A stretch of 64,000 nt of DNA. Origin: Candidatus Bathyarchaeota archaeon (GTDB lineage Archaea > Thermoproteota > Bathyarchaeia > Bathyarchaeales > Bathycorpusculaceae). The stretch's first letter is position 1; each line of letters starts with the position of its first letter. The stretch spans positions 2,336,001-2,400,000 of the forward strand of contig CAVZJV010000014.1 of NCBI GenBank assembly GCA_963775685.1. The letters are read 5' to 3'. A model generated the notes under the pieces. The model was not told the DNA's origin. It did no database searches and was given only the letters and a program-made list of their open reading frames with translations. The position numbers and the translations under genes were made by a program. Shown here piece by piece: positions 31,423 through 41,047 of the stretch.

Positions 31423-31905
31423 ATGGCCAAAGAAACTCAAATTAAGCAAATACAAAAAGACGAAGAGATAGAAGAATTGGTAACGATGCCCGAAGAACAA
31501 GCTGGAACAGAAGAAGTTCTCGAAGAAATAGCACCAGCAAAAGAAGAAGCACCAGAAGAGATCGCAAAGCAAGCTGCCCCAAAGAAAAAGAAGAAAGAAG
31601 AAGAAATCGTTGAAGAAAGATTCTACACCATCCCCCTCCAGAAAGCACTGGTTCGACCACCAAAGAAACGTGCTCCACGTGCCATGCAACTAATCAAAAT
31701 CTTTGTCACCAAGCATATGAAGCTTGAAATGAAAGTTTCTGAGGAAGAGGAAGAAGAAGAATTACCTCAACTTGTCATCAGTAAAGAAGTTAACGAGAAA
31801 GTTTGGGACAGAGGAATCGAGAAGCCTCCGCGCAAAATCAAGACACGCGTAACTAAGGACAAAGACGGCAACGTAACCGTCTACTTGGCTGAAACCAAAC
31901 AATAA
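31423..31905 (+). CDS. rpl31e: 50S ribosomal protein L31e (eL31) with acidic N-terminal extension
   Basis: ERFYTIPL, KRAPRAM, VNEKVWDRGIEKPPRKI motifs. Confidence 0.95.
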   Translation: MAKETQIKQIQKDEEIEELVTMPEEQAGTEEVLEEIAPAKEEAPEEIAKQAAPKKKKKEEEIVEERFYTIPLQKALVRPPKKRAPRAMQLIKIFVTKHMKLEMKVSEEEEEEELPQLVISKEVNEKVWDRGIEKPPRKIKTRVTKDKDGNVTVYLAETKQ

Positions 31906-32020
31906 CCCCTTTTCCTTCAATTTTGCATTTTATTTTTATATGTTAACCACAAGCTAAAATAGGAAGAACAAAGACACTTTTCGCCCACAATATCTCATAT
32001 TACCTAGGAGACAATAATTC

Positions 32021-32704
32021 TTGACTGTTTACTTATCAAGCATCGTTGGAAGCGCGAGCATAGGCGTGTATTCACTTGTAACCGAAGACATAGTTATGAT
32101 TCCACGGATGGTGCCCCAGCAAAAAGCGCAGGAATTTGCTGACTGGCTAAATGTGAAGCTTGCCTACACATCAATAAGCGGCTCAGTTTTAGCGGGCTCG
32201 CTGGTGTGTGCCAACTCTAACGGCATGCTTGTTTCAAATTCAATACGCGAAGAAGAATTAACGCAGATAAAATCGGTTTTCTCCGGAAACATCATTATTA
32301 TGGAGACCAAAAAGACAGCTTATGGCAACCTTGTCTTAGCCAATGACAAAGGTGCTGTGGTTGATCCGCGTTTCAAAGAAACTGAAATCACAAAAATTTC
32401 CCAAGCCTTAGGCGTGGAAGCGGTGTCTACCGAAATCGCTGGGTTACCGTACGTTGGCTCTTTAGCTTCAGCAACCAACAAAGGCGTGCTTGCTCACCCA
32501 TTGCTGACCGCTGAGGAAAAGAAAACCTTAGAAACCGTATTCAAAGTTCCTGTTGATGTGGGTACAGTAAACTGCGGGGTTCCTTACGTTGGCACAGGTT
32601 TAATCGCTAATAGCCATGCTGCTGTAGCTGGTTCTATGACCACTGGACCCGAGATGTTTATAATTGGGAATGCACTGGATGTTGTGCAGGAAGTAGAAAA
32701 ATGA
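32021..32704 (+). CDS. eif6: Translation initiation factor 6 (aIF6)
   Basis: GNLVLANDKGA, GTVNCG and TTGPE motifs. Confidence 0.96.
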   Translation: MTVYLSSIVGSASIGVYSLVTEDIVMIPRMVPQQKAQEFADWLNVKLAYTSISGSVLAGSLVCANSNGMLVSNSIREEELTQIKSVFSGNIIIMETKKTAYGNLVLANDKGAVVDPRFKETEITKISQALGVEAVSTEIAGLPYVGSLASATNKGVLAHPLLTAEEKKTLETVFKVPVDVGTVNCGVPYVGTGLIANSHAAVAGSMTTGPEMFIIGNALDVVQEVEK

Positions 32705-32928
32705 AAGTTTACAAAGTAACTGGCAAAATCAACAAGCCAAATCTAAAGACTCCATTTGTTAGGGAACTCTTATCTGACAAGAGTGAGCATGCAGTGGAAA
32801 AAGTCTACGCGGAAATAGGAAGCAGACACCGTGTGAAAAGACACCATATCAAAGTCATAAGCTCAGAAGAAATCTCTGTTGACCAAATCGAGAACCCCAT
32901 TTTAAAGAAAATAGTAAGTGGGGAATAA
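32701..32928 (+). CDS. rpl18a: 50S ribosomal protein L18Ae/LX (eL20)
   Basis: AVEKVYAEIGSRHRVKRHHIK motif and gene order. Confidence 0.94.
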   Translation: MKVYKVTGKINKPNLKTPFVRELLSDKSEHAVEKVYAEIGSRHRVKRHHIKVISSEEISVDQIENPILKKIVSGE

Positions 32929-33373
32929 GGTTTTGGCGCAGAGAGCTCAAGCCGAGGAAGAACTTCGCAGACTCAGTATGGAAATGCGTTACCTAGAACA
33001 AACGGCAGAAGCACTACAGCAACGTATAAGCATGGTAAACGCGGCTCTTACCGATATTAATTACGCTAACATGACGCTTGATGGTATTGAAAAAGAGAAA
33101 GAAAACTCTGAACTTCTCATACCAATTGGCGGTAGCTCTTACGTAAAAGTCAAGCTTGCAGACGCAAACAAAGTAATAATCGGCTTAGGTTCAGGCGTAT
33201 CAGTTGAGCAAACTCTTTCCCAGGCAAAAGCAACTCTTAAACAACGCCTAGATGAGCTCGAGAAAACTATGCATGCCGCCCAGCAACAGTTTAGCCAAGT
33301 GGCTGAGCGCATAAACTCTGGCAGAAGCAGACTAGAAACTTTGCTGGCGAGCGCACGAGAAGGGAAACAGTAA
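32918..33373 (+). CDS. pfdA: Prefoldin subunit alpha
   Basis: Coiled coils flanking LLIPIGGSSYV..VIIGLGSGVSVE hairpins. Confidence 0.95.
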   Translation: MGNKVLAQRAQAEEELRRLSMEMRYLEQTAEALQQRISMVNAALTDINYANMTLDGIEKEKENSELLIPIGGSSYVKVKLADANKVIIGLGSGVSVEQTLSQAKATLKQRLDELEKTMHAAQQQFSQVAERINSGRSRLETLLASAREGKQ

Positions 33374-33377
33374 TTCG

Positions 33378-34283
33378 ATGTTTGAGAAGCTAAGGTCTGG
33401 GTTTAAAGGCTTAGTAAACAAAGTAACAACAACCGAGCTTAAAGCTGAAAACCTAAATCCTATCTTATCAAATTTTAGAATGAGCCTTGCTGAAAATGAT
33501 GTGGCTTACCAGGTGGCAGATAAAATCTGCGATGAACTGGAAAAGCGTTTGGCGGGCGAGCAGGTTAAACGTTTAGATGACCGCAAAAAAATCGTCGAAG
33601 ATAACCTTAGGCAAGTTCTTTTGGATATTATGTTAACCAGCAAAAGAATTGACTTGCTAAAGTTAGCTGAAGAGAAACGTAGGAAAAAGGAACCGTTCAA
33701 ATTGATGTTCGTTGGCATCAATGGCACAGGAAAAACTACGACAATCGCCAAAGTTGCCCAGTTCCTTCGGGACCAAAGCTTCTCAGTGCTGCTTGCTGCT
33801 GCTGATACTTATCGTGCAGGTTCTATTGAGCAGTTAGAAGAGCATGGCAAACGTTTGGGTATGCGTGTTGTTAAGAGCATTTATGGCGGAGACCCTGCCG
33901 CTGTAGCTTATGATGCTGTTTGCCACGCGAAAGCCCATGGGATTAACATTGTTTTAATTGACACGGCAGGTAGGATGCAGACCAATCAGAACTTGATGAA
34001 TGAGCTTGTAAAGATTAAGCGTGTTGTTTGTCCAGATTTGACGGTTTTTGTTGTTGACTCGCTAATAGGAAACGATGCTGTTATGCAGGCGGAAGAATTC
34101 AACAAGGCAATCTGCATCGATGCAACAATCCTCACCAAAGTGGATGCCGATGTTAAAGGCGGTTCGGCTCTAAGCGTGACCTATGTGACGCAAAGACCGA
34201 TCTTGTTTATTGGCGTTGGGCAAACCTACAAAGATCTAGAGCTATTTAACCCTGAAAAGTTCGTTCACATGGTCCTAAGATAA
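33378..34283 (+). CDS. ftsY: Signal recognition particle receptor FtsY
   Basis: GINGTGKTTTIAK, DTYRAG, DTAGR and TKVD motifs. Confidence 0.97.
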   Translation: MFEKLRSGFKGLVNKVTTTELKAENLNPILSNFRMSLAENDVAYQVADKICDELEKRLAGEQVKRLDDRKKIVEDNLRQVLLDIMLTSKRIDLLKLAEEKRRKKEPFKLMFVGINGTGKTTTIAKVAQFLRDQSFSVLLAAADTYRAGSIEQLEEHGKRLGMRVVKSIYGGDPAAVAYDAVCHAKAHGINIVLIDTAGRMQTNQNLMNELVKIKRVVCPDLTVFVVDSLIGNDAVMQAEEFNKAICIDATILTKVDADVKGGSALSVTYVTQRPILFIGVGQTYKDLELFNPEKFVHMVLR

Positions 34284-34285
34284 AC

Positions 34286-34645
34286 TTACGGTTCTTCCAA
34301 GCCGGATAGTTCGAAGCGGATTTTGTTAGGGTAAACCCAATATGCCTTGATGAAATCTTCAATAGCTTGGTCAACATCTATGGCATCAAAGAAATTAGTG
34401 AATTCGGCATCAATTCCATCAGGATTCTTTGACGTGAACAATTTGAGTTGAGCCAGGTATTCTTTTTTAGGTTGCAAATCTTCCATGGGTATGTTTTTGG
34501 GAATTTCTATGGTAAGAGGTAAATTAGTTAAAACGTCTATTGCGGCTGCTTTGCGGACTTTTTTGTTTATTGTATTTATGACTATTAGTCTTTGTTCGAT
34601 TTTTCGATAGTTCCAGTTAATATCCTGATTCATTGATGCTGACAT
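34286..34645 (-). CDS. Hypothetical protein
   Basis: Uninterrupted globular-looking ORF of about 115-120 aa; start uncertain (34633, 34645 or 34675). Confidence 0.6.
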   Translation of the reverse strand: MSASMNQDINWNYRKIEQRLIVINTINKKVRKAAAIDVLTNLPLTIEIPKNIPMEDLQPKKEYLAQLKLFTSKNPDGIDAEFTNFFDAIDVDQAIEDFIKAYWVYPNKIRFELSGLEEP

Positions 34646-34687
34646 ATAAAATCCCTGTAAAAATAGTGCAAGCATATTATTTTTATG

Positions 34688-34996
34688 TTACTTCTTTAGT
34701 TCAACCACTAAGAGTTCTAGTGGTGATTGCCCAATGTTCTCAGCTTCATGAGACTGAGCGCTAAGAAAAATTACATCGCCATCCGCGAGGTCTAAAACAT
34801 CAGTTTTTCCCATAGTGGTCAGCTTCATTTTTCCGCTCATAAGCACAAAACCCCCATGGTCAGGCGCTGGTGCATTGCTGCTTTGTCTCCAGGTTCAAAA
34901 GAAACTTCGAACATATGTACATGGTCGTTCTCCTTTTTTATCTTGTAAAAGTTACTTGCAATCCTCCAAAGGGTCGCAAATATTCTCAGTTATCAA
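34688..34996 (-). pseudogene. Cupin-domain protein with two frameshifts
   Basis: Stitched translation DPLE/IASNFYKIKKENDHVHMFEVSFEPGDKAAMHQ/PDHGGFVLMSGKMKL..QSHEAENIGQSPLELLVVELKK. Confidence 0.75.
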
Positions 34997-35518
34997 ATCA
35001 ATTCACCAATTTTATGTTTAAGTTCAAAGGAATTAAGGCTGTGAGGTTACGTCTCTGCAGTCACAGGCACTTTAGTGCTCAAAAAAAACTAAACCCCTTA
35101 TAATGAGCACCGATTAAACCCGACCCCCCTCTATGGGTTTTGCAGAGTTTCTAATAGGCAACAAATAGGTAGCTAAGCGATATCTCTCGATAGTTTCAGC
35201 GTACCTTGATATTAGCCTTTAAATATGAATAACCGAAAAAACTTTAATCTAACATTACTGTATACTTATATTTGCAGAAGGAAAGATTACAAAAAGAGCG
35301 ATTGTTGTTTTATCAATAGTGGTCTTTGCATTATTCTGATAGCTGTTTTGTTTTTCGCAAACTCAGACTTTGCATTAACAAAGAAGTATGGACAAATGGT
35401 AACCTTATTCCACTGTAACAATTCCATCGTTGGGAAACGGAACAGACCATTATGATTTTTCCCTGAATTACACAAACACATAGTTTAAATTGACCTTAGA
35501 ATCCGAATACATCAAAAT

Positions 35519-35728
35519 TTATGATTCTTTTTTCCGTTTTGCTGGGTCACGCAGGTTCTGCACGGGGGAATCCGCGTTGAAGCCTAGACCAACTTGAGTG
35601 GTTTGTTTGTATTTTTGCTCGGCAAGTTTAGCTTTGCCTTCTTTGCTGCTCAACTCAACGCTATTCCCAAGTTTGTAGATGGTTCTGCCGATTCTGCGCT
35701 CTCCTCTTGTAGCAGTGCATCTTCCCAT
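35519..35728 (-). CDS. Small basic hypothetical protein
   Basis: 69 aa, K/R-rich, ATG start directly downstream of the GpD-like gene. Confidence 0.55.
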   Translation of the reverse strand: MGRCTATRGERRIGRTIYKLGNSVELSSKEGKAKLAEQKYKQTTQVGLGFNADSPVQNLRDPAKRKKES

Positions 35729-35744
35729 TTTAATCTAACCTAAG

Positions 35745-36417
35745 TTAGACTTGTTTTGGTACCCTTTTAATTTTCTGTTCAAAAGAAACCTTTCCCTGCA
35801 ACGTTGTAGCTTTCGCTTCAAAACATGTTCTAAAACCGGCAAAGTCATCCCCATGAATGCACAGTTTTCTCAAGAACGTAATTCTTAGTAAACCTGCTTC
35901 TTAACCCCGCCAAGGTAACTATTACTCCCGTTTTCACCTCTGGCAATCCCAAACACTCTGCTGAACAGCAGATTTTCCTATTATTTTCTTGGACTGTTTC
36001 TGTGGATGTGAAACTGAGTAATGTACTGCCATAAGTAGGCAATGGCAGGGGCGGGTTATTTGCAGCAACTTTGGATTTGTTCTTTTGCTTGGCCGAGGAC
36101 CTAATTTGTGGGGACCCGCTTGATGGGGCGATGGATTTAACAGCAGTGATTTCTTCTGTCGATAGTTCTTCAAGCGTATTTGGGTACCCCATTTTTATTG
36201 CAACGACTTTGTTTAACTCAAACAACCCAGTGTTTATCCACGCTAACTTCGGGTCATCTATTCTGATGGAAAATGCGGTTAAAGTATTCTCAGTTTCTTC
36301 AACAAAGACACCTTTGGCTTTTATTTCGTATTTTTCAAATAAATCTTCGTTATTTACTGTAATGGTTTTAGGTGATTGAAAGTTTTGGTATTTCTTGTTA
36401 ACATCAATTGTCGACAT
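35745..36417 (-). pseudogene. Internally shortened phage late-control D (GpD)/contractile injection system hub-like protein, with a +1 frameshift at 35849-35852
   Basis: N-terminal FSIRIDDPKLAWINTGLFELNKVVAIKMGY and C-terminal ECLGLPEVKTGVIVTLAGLRSRFTKNYVLEKTVHS(WDD)FAGFRTCFE motifs. Confidence 0.6.
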
Positions 36418-36529
36418 AGCAAACAACTCCTTTACGAATTGGTAAAGTTGTGTTAGGATTTAATTCTGTTGCAGACGACATATTGTAGGGCAGCATCACA
36501 GTTAAAAGCTGTTATAGGCAAATACCTTA

Positions 36530-36961
36530 GTGGTCGTGTTGTTTTTGAACAAACAAGAAGTGACAACTATAACCCATAAAATTCTTATCTCCAAAGTGTC
36601 CCCCAAACAAGTCTACGACGCCTACGTGGACCCCAAAAATCACAGTGAATTCACGGGTAGCGAAGCCACAGGCAAACCGGTGGTCGGTGGCAAATTCACT
36701 GCTTGGGACGAATACATATCTGGCAAATTCGTTGTGCTTGAAGAAGGGAAGCGTGTGGTTCAAGAGTGGGCTTCAACGGATTTTCCCGAAGGTTACCCAC
36801 CATCTAGGCTGGAGTTGACCTTTTGCGAAGTACCTAAGGGCACAGAGATAATAATGATACATTCGAATGTTCCAGCTGAGATCTCGGACGATGCTGCTGA
36901 GGGCTGGACAGAGTTCTACTGGGAACCACTAAAAGAGTATTTTAGCAAAACAACAAGATAA
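36530..36961 (+). CDS. SRPBCC/AHSA1-like domain protein
   Basis: VYDAY..GGKFTAWD..GW..FYWEPLKEYF motifs. Confidence 0.88.
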   Translation: MVVLFLNKQEVTTITHKILISKVSPKQVYDAYVDPKNHSEFTGSEATGKPVVGGKFTAWDEYISGKFVVLEEGKRVVQEWASTDFPEGYPPSRLELTFCEVPKGTEIIMIHSNVPAEISDDAAEGWTEFYWEPLKEYFSKTTR

Positions 36962-37239
36962 AGCTAAGAAATAAGAATTCTTGTTTCGGTAATTATTTCT
37001 CTATCTTGGTCTCTCTTATTGTTCCAACGATGCTCCGCATGGTTTCTTCGCATTCTTCTGGTTTCCACATACAAATGCCCTCAATAATTTCATCAAGATA
37101 ATGCGCTAACTCTTCACTTTGTATGTCTTTAGCTCAATCGACTTTTTAGATGATTTCTCCCTCTTTTCGGCTAACAGTGATTGAAACCGGAACATCATCC
37201 ATAACTTTCAGCTCTAACGCTATCTGACTTATTTCAGAT

Positions 37240-37533
37240 TTAAATTTCTTGTTTCCCTGCCTGCATGGTCAGGTATATTCGGTTAAAGTATTCCAGCGGG
37301 GAATACCTGAAGATTGTTATGGGTTTTTTGTATCCGGGATTTTGGCATTTATATTTTGTTTTTACGATTTCTCCGTGGTAGCTTTTAGGTGTTGGTTTTT
37401 CTAAGGAAAAAGCTGAGTGAAGTCTGTTGGGTGGTTCTACCTTGAGGATTTCGTAGCAGAAGGGGCATTCCAAAACAGCCACAAGATGCCCTCCAATTAC
37501 AATAGTGCGGTTTGCACTAAAAAAACTTGCCAT
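37240..37533 (-). CDS. Small zinc-ribbon protein (possibly degenerate)
   Basis: CPFC and CQNPGY; the second Cys pair appears to have lost one Cys. Confidence 0.55.
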   Translation of the reverse strand: MASFFSANRTIVIGGHLVAVLECPFCYEILKVEPPNRLHSAFSLEKPTPKSYHGEIVKTKYKCQNPGYKKPITIFRYSPLEYFNRIYLTMQAGKQEI

Positions 37534-37599
37534 TCGATTTGGAGAATCTATAAAACTTAATTAGCTTGTCGCTTGAAACAAAGCCCTAGGGTAACAAGA

Positions 37600-38808
37600 A
37601 TGAATAAGCTCAGCTTGGTGCTCTCACAAGTCTACCAACGACGGGTCTCTTTGAGGCTGCGTTATAAACTCCTCATAATAACGCTTGTAGCATTGCTTGT
37701 TTTCTTGTTTTCCAAAGGTCCTGCTCCTGGGCAAAACCATTTTGTCTATTTAGCTGATGCTTTCCTTCATGGGCGTTTAGGGGTGACTGGCGGGGGCACA
37801 GCGCTTGCAGAAATTGTTCCCTACAACGGTAACTTCTATGTTGTTTATCCGCCCATGCCTGCAGTTTTTCTTTTGCCTTTCGTGGCTATTTTTGGCACAA
37901 ATTTCGACCAAGGCTTAATGTCGATTTTTCTTGCATGTCTTTGCGTTGCAGCGATTTGGCTTATGCTAAAGAAAACGGGGGTAAATGGCAAAAAAACGGT
38001 GTGGTTAACGGCGTTGTTTGGTTTTGGAACATGTTTCTGGTTCATTGCGTCAGTGGGCTCCTCATGGTATATTGAGCATGTTTCAGCTATCCTCTTTCTT
38101 ACCTTGGCCATAATTCTTGCCCTCTACAAGAAACGCCCTTTCTTTGTTGGCTTACTCTTGGGCTTTGCATTCCTTTCGCGGCTTCCTGTAGTGCTTTCTT
38201 TTCCGTTCTTTCTGCTTCTGATTTATGATCAAAACTCCGAGTGGAAGCCCCGACTGAAGCAAGTTGCCGGCTTTCTAATCGGTTTAGGCATATTGGTTGG
38301 CTTATATGAATTGTATAATTTTGGTCGCTGGGGTGTTTTCTCCGACCTTGGTTATGGTCTAATCCCTGGCATTTCCCAGGATCCTTACTTTACAAACGGA
38401 ATCTTTAACCTCAGTTACATTCCACGTCACATCTATGCAATCTTCTTCCAAGGTCCTATCCTTCTAAACAGCTTCCCCTACTTTGAGCCAAATTGGGTGG
38501 GTTTGGGCTTATTCTTCACCACCCCTGCCTTCATCTATATCTTCAAGGGACCATGGACTAAACTCAGCAAATACACTGCCTTAGCGGTAGTCTGCATCTT
38601 GCCAAGCTTGATTACTCATGGCACTGTTGGTTTCACCCAGTTTGGCTACCGCTTCAGCCTCGACTTCACGCCCTTCCTTATGTTGCTGGTGGCGAAAGGG
38701 ATGAGAGAAAATCTGGGCTGGGAAGAAAAGGCACTGATAGTTCTGAGTTTGCTGGTTAATTTGTGGGGTGTAGTTTCGATAATTGAATTCAACTTCGTAA
38801 GTTTTTAG
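37600..38808 (+). CDS. Polytopic membrane protein, GT-C-like
   Basis: YLADAFLHGRL, YNGNFYVVYPPMPA and QFGYRFSLDF motifs, about 10 TM helices. Confidence 0.65.
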   Translation: MNKLSLVLSQVYQRRVSLRLRYKLLIITLVALLVFLFSKGPAPGQNHFVYLADAFLHGRLGVTGGGTALAEIVPYNGNFYVVYPPMPAVFLLPFVAIFGTNFDQGLMSIFLACLCVAAIWLMLKKTGVNGKKTVWLTALFGFGTCFWFIASVGSSWYIEHVSAILFLTLAIILALYKKRPFFVGLLLGFAFLSRLPVVLSFPFFLLLIYDQNSEWKPRLKQVAGFLIGLGILVGLYELYNFGRWGVFSDLGYGLIPGISQDPYFTNGIFNLSYIPRHIYAIFFQGPILLNSFPYFEPNWVGLGLFFTTPAFIYIFKGPWTKLSKYTALAVVCILPSLITHGTVGFTQFGYRFSLDFTPFLMLLVAKGMRENLGWEEKALIVLSLLVNLWGVVSIIEFNFVSF

Positions 38809-39138
38809 CCTATTCCTTGGTTCTAAGGAGCAATTTTGACCCGTAATTGTAAGGGACAAAACTATTATATGGCAATAACGATGTTATATTTCAATGAGCA
38901 GGAGGCGTGATAGCTTTTTACCCTTGCCCAATGGTATAAGTCACCCTCATGCTTCCTGTTTCATTCTATATTTTTCTGAAAACTATGTTTGATCTATTTT
39001 CTCCTCCGATATTATGAAGGAGATTTAAAGAGTTCAACAAATTGAAGTTTTTATGGTTATGAAAAAGTTTGGGTTTGGAGTTGAACTTGTTTTGTGCGCC
39101 GAGGAGGGGGGTAACTCTTTTTCGCATTGAGTGTAGTT

Positions 39139-40600
39139 TTATTTTCGTTGTCTTTTTTTATAGATGGATATGGTCGCGTTTATAGTTATCAAGGTGGTGG
39201 CTATGATGGTTGCGTAGAGAAGTGTTGAGTTTTCTTTTGGAGATGGTGGTTTTGTTGTTGAAGTAGCCTGCGGGGAGAGTGATGAAGGCGGTGATAGGCT
39301 TGGAGTTGGTAGGCCTTGGCGTGGGATTGGGTGTGGAAGATGGAGTTGATGCGGAGGGTTGTGTTGGGTTTGGTGTAGGGGTCGAAGTTGGGTTTGGGGA
39401 GGGCGATTTTCCAATAACATTGGCTCTAAGACTGTGGATTTCTCCGCTAAGAGAACAGAAGTAAAGCTCTTTTTGTTCATCTACTCCGAATGAAGAAATA
39501 TTGAGACTTGTATCAGCCAGCAGACTATTCATGGTCTTCGCACCTATACCGTATTGAAGCGCCCAAATTTTGCCTGAACCGTAATCGCCATAGATGTATT
39601 TTGAGTTAAGTCTCGCCAGGTTTGAGCCATGGTAAACATAGCCGCCGATAACCGCAATGCCTTCAGCGTGGCTGTGCTCCCACACAGGTAAATCCAATCC
39701 AACCTGACTCGCACTAGAATAAGTTAATGTGCCTTCCATTATGTTCCAACCGTAGTTTTTACCCTTTTCAACAAGGTCAATTTCTTCCTGCTGGTCTTGC
39801 CCCACATCTCCGACCCAAAGTCTTCCAGTCGGTGTATCGAAGCTAAATCGCCTGGGGTTGCGAAAACCGTAAGCGTAAATCTCCTCTTTATAGCCCGAAG
39901 GGTTGCCAAAGTAAGGATTGTCTGGAGGGATGTTGTAGTTTCGTCCTTGAGACGGGAAATCAACATCTATGCGCAAGATTTTGCCCAGCAGGGTCGAAAG
40001 GTCCTGAGCGTTTCCTAAGGGGTCGCCTCCCGAGTCACCATCGCCCAAACCAATGTAAAGGTATCCGTCGTCTCCAAACGCAATTTGTCCGCCTTTGTGG
40101 TTAGAAAATGGCTGATTTATCTCAAGTAGAACCAGTTCGGTATTTTTTAGTGCCTGGTTGGGATTGTTCTGAGAGACGGAGTACCGGGCAATCACTGTTC
40201 GAAGTGGATTCTCAGCCACGTAATCAATGTAGAAATATCCATTTGATGCGTAGTTAGGGTGGAATGCAAGACCGAGAAGCCCTTGTTCGCCACCAAACAA
40301 AACCCGTGTGCTAATGTTGAGAAAAACGGTGGATTCTGCAACGGTTGGCGCGTTTCTCAAACACACGAATAACCCCTGCCTGCCTCAATCACGAAAAGCC
40401 TGTTTGTTCCGTCACCTGGGTTAGCTATTCCAACCGGCTGATTAAAGACTATGTTGGGGAAGGCCAAATCAACCAAGTACGCGTTTTGAGTTTGGCCCGA
40501 AAGGTCAGGGATATTCCAAGAAAGAAAAAAGACAACAAAGCCCAAAACCACAAGGAGAGATATGACAAAGTATAGACTCTTTCGCTTGATATTTTTTCAT
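39139..40600 (-). pseudogene. Membrane-anchored PQQ-dependent (glucose/sorbosone) sugar dehydrogenase with four frameshifts
   Basis: EQGLLGLAFHP, NHKGGQIAFG, GKILRID and NYGW motifs; signal peptide, core and TM anchor lie in different frames. Confidence 0.88.
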
Positions 40601-40819
40601 CTCAAAATTATTTATTAAAAGAGCAATACTTGAAGATTCCTAAGTCGCTGCAAAGCCACATTTCCCTTCCCCCATAAGGTTCAAAGAAGTGAGTCGTACT
40701 CAAATATTGTTAAGCAGGCTACCGCTAAACCAATTCATCCGTGTCACAAACTGTCCGTAGACACCAACTGCCGAATCAATTAAATACCTAAAGGTTTCCA
40801 GATTTAGTATAGTGAGACT

Positions 40820-41047
40820 GTGCAGAAGAAAATCACTTTCAAATTCCTGTTTGCAACAATTCAAAGCTTTATTGCTTTTTCTGCACTAATCTTGGCTGCC
40901 CTGTTAAACTTCGACCTTCTCAATGCACAATCACTAAGTATATCTAAAGATGCCCTCAGTTTCTACGTCGTTATGCTCATTATTTTTGGCATCACTTTCC
41001 TGATAAGCAGTCTTTTTCTAATTTATGAGTGGTGGGAAAACCGATGA
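40820..41047 (+). CDS. Small membrane protein (2 TM)
   Basis: Two hydrophobic helices; ATGA overlap with the permease start. Confidence 0.65.
   Translation: MQKKITFKFLFATIQSFIAFSALILAALLNFDLLNAQSLSISKDALSFYVVMLIIFGITFLISSLFLIYEWWENR

Noticed and set aside
31234-31689. 151-aa minus-strand ORF rich in Phe/Leu
   Set aside because: Antisense shadow of the purine-rich rpl39e and rpl31e genes
35121-39120. ACCCCCCTC-like tracts at ~23197, 35123 and 39102 (reverse)
   Set aside because: Too short and low-complexity to call a repeat family by eye
39300-39400. Repetitive GT-rich tract
   Set aside because: Encodes the Pro/Thr linker of the PQQ dehydrogenase, not a DNA repeat element
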